A stretch of 64,000 bases of DNA from Cyanobacteria bacterium P01_D01_bin.156 (GCA_039024555.1 JBCCQQ010000035.1:1-64000); one strand, 5' to 3'; counted from the first letter of the stretch, positions 53,519-63,572 are shown. Program-made: numbers and translations. Notes: a model not told the origin generated them from the letters alone.

Positions 53519-55168
53519 ATGCGTTTAATTTGTAGCAAGATCAAGCCTATCGCTAGTGTGGTGGTGGTAATGGCCACTCTGTTGGCTCCTGTTAAAACAG
53601 TCGAAGCACAAACAGGGTCATCAACACCTCAAGTGCTCTCTAGAAACCAACAACCTCGGAATTACACTGTGCTCCATGTGGACGCAGCCAATGGCAACGA
53701 TCGTCAGGGAACTGGGGAAACAGGCAAGCCTTACAAAACTGTTACCCATGCGTTACAAAGGGCTCAGCCAGGGGTCAGTACAGTGATTTTGTTAGCTCCA
53801 GGTCACTACAGCCAAGCATCTGGAGAAACCTTTCCATTACATCTAAAACCCGGCATCACGATTCAGGGGAACGCTGGGGAAGCTCGCAATACGATGATTG
53901 TGGGTAGTGGTGAAGTGCACACCGACGACAGTGTCCAAAACGCCACTATTGTCACAGCTGATCGATCAGGCCTAGCCAATGTAACGGTTGCTAATCAAAC
54001 GGGAAATGGGGTGTGGATTGCAGCAGGCTCGCCCATTCTTCGCCGGGTGGCGCTGGTAGCCAACAGTGGCACCGGAGTCTACGTGAGTGATGGGACTCCG
54101 ATTATTGAAAATAGCTACTTTAACCGCAATCATCAGGGACTCGTTATTCAGGGAAGAAGTCGCGCTGTTGTTCGAGGCAATTATTTTGAAGCCACAGGAC
54201 GTGCCATTACGGTTTCTAGCCCAGCCACACCGACTATTAACAACAATAGAATTGCCAACAACAATGTAGGCATTGCCCTTCGCAACAATGCACGACCTAC
54301 CATTGAAGCCAATGTACTCAGTGAAAATCAGCGTAATGGTGTGGTGGAAGTCGACCCTGTTGCCGCTGAACCAAGCGTTAGGGCTGAGCAGCCTGACTTA
54401 CTTGCAATCAGGGCTACAGAAGTTTCTAGGACCACTACAGAGACACCAGCTGTGCCCACACAGGTGCTTAGAGAAGAGCCATCGGACTTGCCTGAAGTAG
54501 AGTCTGAATCTGCGGAGAGTCCAGTATCTCTCCCTCCAGTGGTCAACACCCCCCAACCACCTCTCAATGTTGCTGCAGCCCCTGTACTTGGTGCTACACC
54601 AGTAACCAACGAGAGACCTGAAGACAATCGTGCGGCACCAGGAAGCGCTGCTGAGAATACATCATCGGATAGGCGGGAAATCATCTCCTTGAGGACTAAC
54701 GCATCTTCAACAGCTGATGAAGCCATTCCCATTGCAGTGATTCCGGCCACTAGTGACGAGTACGATGCCAATATATCCAATGAAAGGACAACGGGCATTT
54801 CTAAATTACTAGCTCGCTTGAGTAATCCTTCACCTGCGGCTAACAGCAATCCACCGAGCGATGATAACCATCACCTTCCCAGTCAGAGATTACCCGTCCC
54901 TACGGCAGCAATTCCTAGCCGTCATACCTCGGGGCAGCTGCTACCGCCTGGTACTCGCTCACTGGCTCAAACCTTTCGCTACCGGGTTCTGGTCAATCTG
55001 AATGAAGCGGATAATCTGGAGGCTCTGGTACCGGATGCGTTTCGTACTCGGGTTGGTCGTCGTACCTATATGCAAGCTGGTGCCTATGTAGATGAAGCAG
55101 AAGCTCAAGAACGACTGGAATGGCTGGAAGCGAATGGCATTGAGGCCAGAATCAACATCAGGGACTAA
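53519..55168 (+). CDS. Secreted DUF1565 beta-helix protein with low-complexity linker and SPOR-like C-terminus
   Basis: Signal peptide; GND..G....PYKTVTHAL; PGHYS..SGETFPL; parallel beta-helix repeats; YRVLV..VPDAFRT..MQAGAY. Start position uncertain. Confidence 0.8.
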   Translation: MRLICSKIKPIASVVVVMATLLAPVKTVEAQTGSSTPQVLSRNQQPRNYTVLHVDAANGNDRQGTGETGKPYKTVTHALQRAQPGVSTVILLAPGHYSQASGETFPLHLKPGITIQGNAGEARNTMIVGSGEVHTDDSVQNATIVTADRSGLANVTVANQTGNGVWIAAGSPILRRVALVANSGTGVYVSDGTPIIENSYFNRNHQGLVIQGRSRAVVRGNYFEATGRAITVSSPATPTINNNRIANNNVGIALRNNARPTIEANVLSENQRNGVVEVDPVAAEPSVRAEQPDLLAIRATEVSRTTTETPAVPTQVLREEPSDLPEVESESAESPVSLPPVVNTPQPPLNVAAAPVLGATPVTNERPEDNRAAPGSAAENTSSDRREIISLRTNASSTADEAIPIAVIPATSDEYDANISNERTTGISKLLARLSNPSPAANSNPPSDDNHHLPSQRLPVPTAAIPSRHTSGQLLPPGTRSLAQTFRYRVLVNLNEADNLEALVPDAFRTRVGRRTYMQAGAYVDEAEAQERLEWLEANGIEARINIRD

Positions 55169-55197
55169 CTGAACGGCGATTTTTAGGTGAATTATCC

Positions 55198-56958
55198 CTA
55201 AAAGATCATATCTAACTCATAATCACGCAAATCCAAACAATGGAGAGCGCCTTGGTGGTTGTCTTGCCAGGTGGCTATTAAGAGCTCATGGGTGCTTATG
55301 GGTGCGATCTCAGTAATGCCCATAGGTCCCTGAATTCCACCAATAGAGTTCAAATCTCGATCGAGCAGTAAGATCCTAGCCTCAGCATCACTAAAAAGAT
55401 ATCCCCAGGGCAGCTCTAACATCAGACTTGGACAAATACCCACGTTCAAACGAGTGATCCGCAAGGGCTTAAGACTTAGGAAAATAATTGTTTGAGGAGC
55501 GTGGCGATCGAGCGCTAACCACTGATGGGACTGACTAGTTGGGGTCAGCTGGTGCAGAGTGACCCCAAGATCCAAGGACGTCAAATACATACAGCGTCGA
55601 TTCCATAGCTGAAGCTGAGTCCCTGTTTTTTGGGAATATCCCACAATCGTGAAGTGACCACCATCCACTGCCAGGATCTGATGAATATCGAGATCGGGTG
55701 ATAAGTTCAAAGATGTCGTGGGCGGATCTGACTGATAGGGGCTATCCAAAAGGCTCACCATCAACTGCTTCGTTTCAGGAATGACGGCTGCTGCCCAACG
55801 ATGCTTAGATTCAACCGTTACCAGGGTGGGCGCTGGCCATTGTCTCAGCGGCACTAGTGCATCCGCCTGAGTACCGTGCCATAGAGTTTTCTGTGTACTA
55901 ACAATTAAACGTGTTTGAGTAGGATAAATACCTTGGACAGGGCTATCTAACCCTGGCTGACAGACATGAAAATCAGCCATCTTTGAGGTGAGGGCAGCCA
56001 GCTGAGAACCATAGGCCAGCAGCCATGGTGACGTGGCCGACTGAGCAGAAAGCGTTCCAGGAACTTGACAAATATTGGTTACTGGCACACTTAACCGATG
56101 CCCCCCTTTGGGCTCGGAGGGTGAATACATTGTTTTTGGTGTACTCAGAGGTAAACACAGGTCTTGATCAAGGGAAGGCATGAGCTCCTTTAAATCCAAC
56201 AGCATTTCTGCAGCTGTAGGGTAGCGACGAGCTGGTAATTTTTCTAATGCCTTGGTGATGATAGGTTCGAACGATAGAAGTTGAGACTCGACGGGAGGAA
56301 CAGGCTGATTCAAATGAGCTGACTGCAATGCCGCAGGTGTTCCCCTAAACGGTCGATGCCCCATGAGTAATTCAAACAGTATGATCCCAACTGCATACAC
56401 ATCAGCAGAAGGAGAGTATTGTCTATAAAACCGTTCGGGAGCCATGTAGGCAGGCGATCCTGTTTGACCAGCACCAAAGCGATAGGGCTGCTCTTGTAAC
56501 AACTTCGCCGTACCAAAATCAGAAATTTTAGCTCGCCAGCGGCCCTGGTGATTCAGCAAAATGTTTTCAGGCTTGAGGTCACAGTGAACAATGCCCTGAT
56601 GATGGGCATGGGCCAGACCACACAGAACATCTATCACCAACCGCAAAATCTCTTCTAGGGTCAGGGGACCTAGCATTCGCGATCGCAAGGTTCCACCAGC
56701 ACAGTATTCCAGCACTAACCTACGACTATCATCACAATGCTCTACCCCATAGCAGGCAACAATATTAGGATGAGACAGACTCCACAAACAATGGAGTTCA
56801 CGCAAAAATGCATGGGTGGGCAAACCATGACGCTGAAGATATTTAATTGCCACTAACTGACCTGTTTTGCGGTGTACACCACAATAAACACGCCCAAATT
56901 GCCCATTGCCCACTAACCCCAACAGACGATAGCTAGACCGCTGACGGCTATTCTTCAC
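55198..56958 (-). CDS. Ser/Thr protein kinase (SpkG-like)
   Basis: GNGQFG, VAIK, HCDLKPEN, DFG, GSPAYMAPE; C-terminal beta-rich domain; overlaps the V4R gene by 4 nt. Confidence 0.92.
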   Translation of the reverse strand: MKNSRQRSSYRLLGLVGNGQFGRVYCGVHRKTGQLVAIKYLQRHGLPTHAFLRELHCLWSLSHPNIVACYGVEHCDDSRRLVLEYCAGGTLRSRMLGPLTLEEILRLVIDVLCGLAHAHHQGIVHCDLKPENILLNHQGRWRAKISDFGTAKLLQEQPYRFGAGQTGSPAYMAPERFYRQYSPSADVYAVGIILFELLMGHRPFRGTPAALQSAHLNQPVPPVESQLLSFEPIITKALEKLPARRYPTAAEMLLDLKELMPSLDQDLCLPLSTPKTMYSPSEPKGGHRLSVPVTNICQVPGTLSAQSATSPWLLAYGSQLAALTSKMADFHVCQPGLDSPVQGIYPTQTRLIVSTQKTLWHGTQADALVPLRQWPAPTLVTVESKHRWAAAVIPETKQLMVSLLDSPYQSDPPTTSLNLSPDLDIHQILAVDGGHFTIVGYSQKTGTQLQLWNRRCMYLTSLDLGVTLHQLTPTSQSHQWLALDRHAPQTIIFLSLKPLRITRLNVGICPSLMLELPWGYLFSDAEARILLLDRDLNSIGGIQGPMGITEIAPISTHELLIATWQDNHQGALHCLDLRDYELDMIF

Positions 56959-57647
56959 ACCGTTGCACCCATAGGTACGTCATCAACGCCTGCCTCTGTC
57001 AATAGATCCATAATGTCAGCATGGGATAACCGCTTCTCTACACCAGCCTTTGCAATGGTCAAGCGCTCTTCCAGACCCAGAACGAAGCAATTTTCTTCAG
57101 CCCCCAAAGATTCACAGGCAGTTTGTACACAGTGCAGCGTTTGACTGCTTAATTCACTAAAAATTGACTGCAGTGCCCCTGTTTCTAAAAAACCAACGGG
57201 TCGCTCCAATTTGGGAGCATACTCAATAAATGCTGAACCTCGAATTTTGATCACCAAAAATCCCTGGGGTCGGTAGTTTGCATCAAAACTAATCTGGCCC
57301 CAACCATGGGTTAACCAACACTGCTGTAAAGCCTGCATAAACTCAGCCATCGACAAACTAGTCACCGGGCGACCGTAATAGTCCATCAGCTCCTCGCAGA
57401 ACCGTGTATAAAAATTTTTTCCCCACCAGCGTCCACAGTTGTATAGCACCAGCATCGACGCCTGGCCCGTTTCATTATCTAGCCCAGCATAGATCGCTCG
57501 AATCAGCGTCTCAGGTAACGCCAACAAGCGATCACCTCGGCGATTCTCTAGCAGTCCCAGCTCAAGGGTACCGTTTACATAGACATCACTGGCAAAATAA
57601 TTTGCCGTTAGGTTTGTATCTGCCAGCAGGTCAGCAACTAATGTCAT
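56955..57647 (-). CDS. V4R domain protein (slr0147-like)
   Basis: GLLENRRGDRLLALP, CGRWWGKNFY, HGWG, LHCVQTACESLG. Confidence 0.85.
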   Translation of the reverse strand: MTLVADLLADTNLTANYFASDVYVNGTLELGLLENRRGDRLLALPETLIRAIYAGLDNETGQASMLVLYNCGRWWGKNFYTRFCEELMDYYGRPVTSLSMAEFMQALQQCWLTHGWGQISFDANYRPQGFLVIKIRGSAFIEYAPKLERPVGFLETGALQSIFSELSSQTLHCVQTACESLGAEENCFVLGLEERLTIAKAGVEKRLSHADIMDLLTEAGVDDVPMGATV

Positions 57648-57948
57648 GGCAATTGAATTCCTCGGATGTCGCTACCCCCAACACTTCTCTAATGCATGGA
57701 TACACTGTCATTGTGCGTTGAGAGCAATGAATCGAAACGACTTTATAAAACAGAGCATATACAAATAAAATCATACTGAGGAACTATCATGTAGCGAACA
57801 TAGCTTTACTTAAGCAGCTCCAAACACAATTCGCATGGGCTAGGTAGATTTCGGCAGGGAAACAGGCATCAAACATTTTTTCAATCAGAAATTAGTGATC
57901 GAATCACTATCAGCGACTAAGAAACCACACCTAATGTGTAGGCACTAC

Positions 57949-58419
57949 CTAAAATAAAAGCTGCTGTGCAGACTCCAAAGATGGCTGGAGTAAAGCTACC
58001 TGAGACGCTGTTAACAGCGTTGGCAACTGCTGATTGAGCGCACGATGCAGTAAAACATCGATTGACTGAGTTTGATACACCTCCACCATGGTAGGTAACC
58101 ATCCCTCTAGACGGCGCTTACCTAAGTTTGCATCATTCACCAGCATTCCCAAAGCGGCGTACCGCAAAATTAAAATAGCCTGCCGAATACTCTGGTCTAA
58201 AGAAAAGGTACTCTCCTTAAGATCCGCTGGTAGGCCATCCACTACGTTTTGCATCAGATCTACCTCCTGTTCCCGCAGCTGACGATAAATTCGCACACGC
58301 TCAGATAAACCACTTACATATCTACCTAGATTGGTCAATTCTTCGGTCGTAAGGTAGCTCTTGTCTGACTGCAGATCAAGCTGTCGAAGAATGTGTTGAG
58401 GTGGAAGAGAAGAGGACAT
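57949..58419 (-). CDS. Phycobiliprotein/globin-fold protein (slr0146-like)
   Basis: DKSYLTTEEL N-terminus and ILRYAALGML resemble phycobiliprotein helices; the ORF contains no Cys. Confidence 0.65.
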   Translation of the reverse strand: MSSSLPPQHILRQLDLQSDKSYLTTEELTNLGRYVSGLSERVRIYRQLREQEVDLMQNVVDGLPADLKESTFSLDQSIRQAILILRYAALGMLVNDANLGKRRLEGWLPTMVEVYQTQSIDVLLHRALNQQLPTLLTASQVALLQPSLESAQQLLF

Positions 58420-58471
58420 AACAATGCTAAGCGACTTTAGATAGGCAGAATCTCATTGAGTGCCAACAATA

Positions 58472-58774
58472 TTAGAACAGAGCGGACAAATCGTCTAAGG
58501 TAAAGTCACTCTCATCTGCCATCACGGCATCGAGCTCATCATCTTCAATTTCTGTTGCGAGAATACTAGGGAGCTTAACTCCCAGACCGGACCAGGGAAA
58601 TGTAGCAAAAAATTGTTCTACGGTCTCGTAAGGGGTCTCTGCCTCTAGCTGTACTTCGGATTTTGTGTAGCTTTTTATGCCAGACCAATTGGTTTGACTA
58701 AAAAAGTTACCAACCGTAATTTTTGAGAAAGATTTATCTTGGGAGCTAATGTAGGGGGTTAAGTCAGGCATCAT
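58472..58774 (-). CDS. Hypothetical acidic protein (slr0145-like)
   Basis: Two TV..FF...WSG motifs and tail FTLDDLSALF; overlaps the upstream V4R gene by 4 nt. Confidence 0.7.
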   Translation of the reverse strand: MMPDLTPYISSQDKSFSKITVGNFFSQTNWSGIKSYTKSEVQLEAETPYETVEQFFATFPWSGLGVKLPSILATEIEDDELDAVMADESDFTLDDLSALF

Positions 58775-59451
58775 AGTGTCTGCCCAGCCCGGAGTCGATG
58801 TTCAATATCGCTGGCGGTAGCCCCTTCATTTAACCAAAAGGCGGCGGCATCAATGCGCTCCTTAGCTCCCAGTAAAAATTTACAGTAGGTCTCTCCCATG
58901 GAGTAACACTGAATCTCAATACAACTCAGCTGTTTACGAACCATTTCTGTAAAGAAACCGGCGTAGAGCCCCGCATAGAGATAGCATACAGGCTTGCCCA
59001 CATCTCCTAGCGTTCTGGCTACAGCAGAGTCGAACAGATTAATAAACATAAATCCCTGTTGGCGATCGGTCATATCAATTTCCCAACGTCCCCATCCCTG
59101 AGCTGTAAAAGGCCACCACCAGGTTTCTAGCAGAAACATTAAGTTAGCTTGTTGCGGTCTGATTTTATATTCTTGCTCAAACCACTGATCAAAAAATAGG
59201 GAATCCTGCTTGCCCCATTCCACACCGATAGAGTACATGACTGCTGCTGATGCCGCTCCTACTTCCTCTTCAAGGCCCTCCAACAGACCGATAATAAAGT
59301 CTTCACTGGTAAGGATATTCCGACTGCCGTTCCAGTCAGCAATGGTGCCTTCAGAGGAATTGAACTGGAAAAATTCAGAAAATTTGTAGTGATTATGTTT
59401 CTGAGGGTATTGCTGGTGCAGCTTGTGGGCAAAAACCGACGGAGTATCCAT
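58771..59451 (-). CDS. V4R domain protein (slr0144-like)
   Basis: QGWG, SAVARTLG.VGKPVCYLYAG, SCIEIQCYSMGETYCKF. Confidence 0.9.
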   Translation of the reverse strand: MDTPSVFAHKLHQQYPQKHNHYKFSEFFQFNSSEGTIADWNGSRNILTSEDFIIGLLEGLEEEVGAASAAVMYSIGVEWGKQDSLFFDQWFEQEYKIRPQQANLMFLLETWWWPFTAQGWGRWEIDMTDRQQGFMFINLFDSAVARTLGDVGKPVCYLYAGLYAGFFTEMVRKQLSCIEIQCYSMGETYCKFLLGAKERIDAAAFWLNEGATASDIEHRLRAGQTL

Positions 59452-59486
59452 AGCCTTGATCTACCTGGGTCTATTTCAGGGTAACG

Positions 59487-59963
59487 CTATTGCCCTAACA
59501 AACGTCGCGCCTGGGCCAAAATTGGACAAAATAACTCGGCCTCTTGGGGATTGAGATATTGACGCACCACATCTTGCATCACCTTATAGGTGATATCGCA
59601 GCTCTGTTGTGCTTTGAACGCTCGCATAATTGACTGAAACCACAGTAAAAAGTTTTCTTCTAAACCGGCTTCATCTGCCACCAATAGTGCATGGGCACAG
59701 TAGCGTAGTCCTCGCACCGCGTCTCTCTGCCATTTAGCCGTCAGGTCTACCTTGCCCCGCCGCAGTAGTTGCGGATCAGTGGATTTTAGCTTTTGTTTAA
59801 CCTGTTGAATGATTGCTTGCTCAGCCTTCTGAATTTTGCGATAAGCACTAAACCGTAGACGGGCTGTTTGCAAATAGTCTTGTACGAACGTTAGCTCAGC
59901 ATCGGTAGCGTAGCGGCCATCGACTTCACGAATAAGATTTTCAATTTTGCTAAGCATACACAA
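59487..59963 (-). CDS. Phycobiliprotein-fold protein (slr0149-like)
   Basis: VDGRYATDAEL, KWQRDAVRGLRYCAHALL, LLWFQSIM. Confidence 0.75.
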   Translation of the reverse strand: MCMLSKIENLIREVDGRYATDAELTFVQDYLQTARLRFSAYRKIQKAEQAIIQQVKQKLKSTDPQLLRRGKVDLTAKWQRDAVRGLRYCAHALLVADEAGLEENFLLWFQSIMRAFKAQQSCDITYKVMQDVVRQYLNPQEAELFCPILAQARRLLGQ

Positions 59964-60131
59964 GAGAAGAAGGATGACACTGGCTGGTAGCTCTGACCTA
60001 AATTAGCAGAAAGGCTCAACCAAGGATGATTTGAGCTAGGGCTTGCAGCAGATGGCCTACAGTGGACGAATCATACCCAGGATCTGAAATATTACAGGTT
60101 ACATTTTCCTAACGTTCGGTAAAGTCAGCCA

Positions 60132-60476
60132 TCAATAACGAGGAACAGAGCGATCCACTAAACGCGAGTAGGCATCAATACCTCCAGATAAGTTTTTGGT
60201 ACGCTCAAAGCCCTGACGCTTAAGCCACTGACACATTTGGGCAGAACGCATCCCGTGGTGACACATGACAATGGTCTCTAGGCTGGGGTCTAAATGCGTG
60301 AAAATTTGCTCAGCCCAATCAGCATACTGACTTAAAGGTAAATGGATAAAATCAGGCAAGCTTGCGATCGCAACCTCCTCTGGCTCTCGCACATCTACCA
60401 GCTGTAGATCACTTTCCCCTAGACACTGGGCAAAATCAGCAACCGAGATTTCATCGACTCCCGCAATTCCGTACAT
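60132..60476 (-). CDS. Rhodanese-like sulfurtransferase
   Basis: LVDVREP, CHHGMRS, NLSGGIDAYS, VPRY. Confidence 0.92.
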   Translation of the reverse strand: MYGIAGVDEISVADFAQCLGESDLQLVDVREPEEVAIASLPDFIHLPLSQYADWAEQIFTHLDPSLETIVMCHHGMRSAQMCQWLKRQGFERTKNLSGGIDAYSRLVDRSVPRY

Positions 60477-60952
60477 AGTTATTCTCCGAGTGAAAGTTTT
60501 ACTGATTCCATTATGCCGTTGCTGATTTTGTGTATGAACGGATCAGTCAGTCAGTTCACATTGCAGTCTCTGTAGAGCAGATTCATACCAAGGGGCAATA
60601 ACCGCCCATGATCGATACAGCTAGCTACGAAGATGAAGGAGAAGGTACACTCTGTTCTGGACCATTGTGGAAACACTACCGGGAATCGGGCAATTTAAGC
60701 CTGTTCATTTGAGTAGAAACACATTACCAAATGGATCAAAACTATTTCATCACATCAAAAACCTCTTCGGGAAAATCACTATCACGTCGACCCGCCGGTT
60801 GATGAATGGATCTCACAGGATGATCCGGCAACAGGCGTTAGCAATGCGGGACATATAGACCATGGGTTCTACGGATTCCCAAGAACTTTGGAGCAAACGC
60901 AATGCAGGATACAGATGGTTAAGTGACTCTGTTTGTTGCTGTACTTTTTTCA

Positions 60953-61198
60953 CTAGGAGGCTAATGTCTTGCCTACATTAGGGCGAATGTCAGACGGATA
61001 GGGAAGATTATAAAACTCAGCCTGGTCCTGCAAATCGGCATTCAGGTCAAAGGTCACCGTTGTAGCATCGGGCGTTTGTGCCCAAATGGATGTCTGAGGA
61101 AAATGTGACGTAATTAAGAAGAGGCTAACCGTAATCGTGGGAGCTAGCCCTATTTTTTTCCAGTGTCGAAGGCATAGACGAAACAATGAAGACTGCAT
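60953..61198 (-). pseudogene. Probable truncated N-terminal fragment of a secreted protein
   Basis: Signal-peptide-like start, then FYNLPYPSDIR, then an early stop. Confidence 0.4.
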
Positions 61199-61459
61199 TT
61201 CAATCTAGGCTACACCGTCTTCAGTAGTATATGGGGCAACGTCATTGTGCCAATACAATCAGGCAGCTAACAAGGTAAAGCATGTATATGTCGTCGAAAA
61301 ATCTCAATTAGTGAAGCTGTTAACCTCTCTAGGCTAAACATTCCACCAAGACTTCTGGCACTCGCAAGAGACCGCAGCTGACCTAGGGGAGAAAACGATT
61401 CATATAGCTAGCCATAGAGCTGAAGATAATAGGCGTAAATCACGCCGAGGTAAATAACG

Positions 61460-61849
61460 TCACGCATTTTTTTGCTGGTGGACCTCTGCTACTAGATAGC
61501 CTAAAACTACACCTGCCAAACTACAGACCAAATCTAGAGCATCAAGAGTACGATAGGGTGACAGTCCTTGAACAATTTCTTCCGCAGTCATGACCAAGCC
61601 AAATAGGACGGAAAAAACAGGCAACCATCGTACTCCCTTAAAGTATCGATAGTTCAAAACACGATGCCCCAGATAGCTTGATATGGCATACAAAACCACA
61701 TGACCAATTTTGTCGTAATAGGAGATTTTCCTGAGCAGGGTCAAGGGTAAATTATTCGTATAAGCTCCCCATAAAATCAATAGAAATAAGACACCGTATC
61801 CTGTTGCTAATAAGGCGACAGGACGATTTAGTTTAGATAACGATTTCAT
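61460..61849 (-). CDS. VanZ-like membrane protein
   Basis: YDKIGHVVLY, EEIVQGLSPYRT, DLVCSLAG. Confidence 0.8.
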   Translation of the reverse strand: MKSLSKLNRPVALLATGYGVLFLLILWGAYTNNLPLTLLRKISYYDKIGHVVLYAISSYLGHRVLNYRYFKGVRWLPVFSVLFGLVMTAEEIVQGLSPYRTLDALDLVCSLAGVVLGYLVAEVHQQKNA

Positions 61850-61937
61850 AGAATGCTTGCTAGCCCATGGCACATTTCCAGTACTGCGATCTACAGTGGG
61901 AAGCGTTGCTATCTCGGACGCATCAACATTAAAGGCC

Positions 61938-62903
61938 ATGGCTAAGTTTAGACAGCAGGTAGGACTAGGGCTAGGACTGTTGGCCATCAGCATATTTTTG
62001 GTCTATGGGGTTTCCTCGTTAGCTCAGCCCAAAAGCCTAACCGTGGATAATGGGAAACTAACGGCACACCTGCAAAACTTAGCCACCGAACGCTATACCG
62101 ACCTAGAGCTTGCCCGGACCCGGACCTACCTGAGCCAACAATTAACAGCCTATGGCTATGAGCCAATATCCCAAGCATTTGGTTCTGGTGAAAGCATAGG
62201 AACTAACCTCAGCGTTATCAGGCTAGGAACCCGGACGCCCGAGCAGAAAATCTTGGTGGGTGCCCATTATGATACGGTAGCGGGCTCACCCGGTGCAGAT
62301 GATAATGCGAGCGCGGTGGCCACTGCCCTAGAAATTGCTCGCCTCTTTTCTACTTACCCCACCGACAAGAGTTTACAGATTGTCTTTTTTGACCAAGAAG
62401 AACTCCAGCCAGAAGGAGCAGGGCTATTAGGCAGCAATGCATTTGTCAATGAAGGCACTAATCTGGAAGGGCTAGACGGTGCAATTATTTTAGAAATGCT
62501 GGGCTATGCCTGCTACGAACCTGGCTGTCAGAGTTATCCACCCGGTTTAGAACAACAGAATTTACCCGATCAAGGAGACTTTATTAGCGTCATTGGAGAT
62601 ACGGAGCATCCAGACCTTTTATCCGCTTTTGTCACAGACGCCGACAACAATAACGAGCTAGACGCTGTCACCCTGCCAGTACCTATTGGCATACTACCCT
62701 TTCTGCCAGATTTATTTCGCAGTGACCATGCTCCCTTTTGGCTGAAGGGTATCGGCGCTGTGATGGTAAGTGATACCGCTAATTTTCGTAATCCGCACTA
62801 CCATCGCTCCACAGACACATTAGAGAATTTAGATGTAGTCTTTTTAGAAAAAACAGCTCAATATGTAGTGAAACGAGCTGCTAGTTTACTAGTCAATAAC
62901 TAG
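61938..62903 (+). CDS. M28 family metallopeptidase
   Basis: GAHYD, PGADDNAS, DQEE, LEMLG, RSDHAPF, YHRSTDT. Confidence 0.92.
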   Translation: MAKFRQQVGLGLGLLAISIFLVYGVSSLAQPKSLTVDNGKLTAHLQNLATERYTDLELARTRTYLSQQLTAYGYEPISQAFGSGESIGTNLSVIRLGTRTPEQKILVGAHYDTVAGSPGADDNASAVATALEIARLFSTYPTDKSLQIVFFDQEELQPEGAGLLGSNAFVNEGTNLEGLDGAIILEMLGYACYEPGCQSYPPGLEQQNLPDQGDFISVIGDTEHPDLLSAFVTDADNNNELDAVTLPVPIGILPFLPDLFRSDHAPFWLKGIGAVMVSDTANFRNPHYHRSTDTLENLDVVFLEKTAQYVVKRAASLLVNN

Positions 62904-63344
62904 ATACCCTTATCGTAGCGCTTCTGATGTTGAAGCCTATGCATTTGAAGGTATAAGCTTCAAGTCATTAACGGCCTGATGAGTGGAATACACGAACCCG
63001 ATATGATTCAGGTTGTTCTTTAATATCCCCACCAAGCAATGTCACCAAACTGTTTAGAGGAAAACAGTTGATTAGTCGTCATCTTATAATCGCCACCATC
63101 AATCTGTTCTTGCTGACGACTATCAAGATTTCCCCAAAGCTCTGGGCACTTCACTACATTGCGTTCTTTAACTTGAGAAGACCTATTTTGACTGAGATGT
63201 TTAGCAAAAATAGCTAATCTGTCAAGTAATGCTGTGTACTCAAATACACTCGCTGGCTTCGGAGGTATTTCTATTTATTAGAGCTAATACACCGGCTAAG
63301 GTCACGCAGAAGATTATGGAAGTAAGAGATAAAGTTAAGAAAAA

Positions 63345-63515
63345 GGTAGTCCTATAAGGGTAAGATGCACTGTAGTGATGGATAAAGTACCAAATCGCAC
63401 CAATGTGATTCTTAAGCTTTTTGGAGAACAATAAGGTCTTTCGCACTAGCCGAGATACCCGTTGTCTTAAGGTCGCATTGAACCGCTCAATATGATTGGT
63501 CTGTCTACTTTTTTG
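63345..63515 (-). mobile_element. IS1-family remnant: transposase C-terminus plus right end
   Basis: QTNHIERFNATLRQRVSRLVRKTLLFSKKLKNHIGAIWYFIHHY matches the InsB C-terminus; terminal GGTAGTCCTA at 63345. Confidence 0.85.
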
Positions 63516-63572
63516 GGGGAAGCTCATACAGCCATCATGACTCATGTCCTTACTCTTTAAGGACTAACAGCA

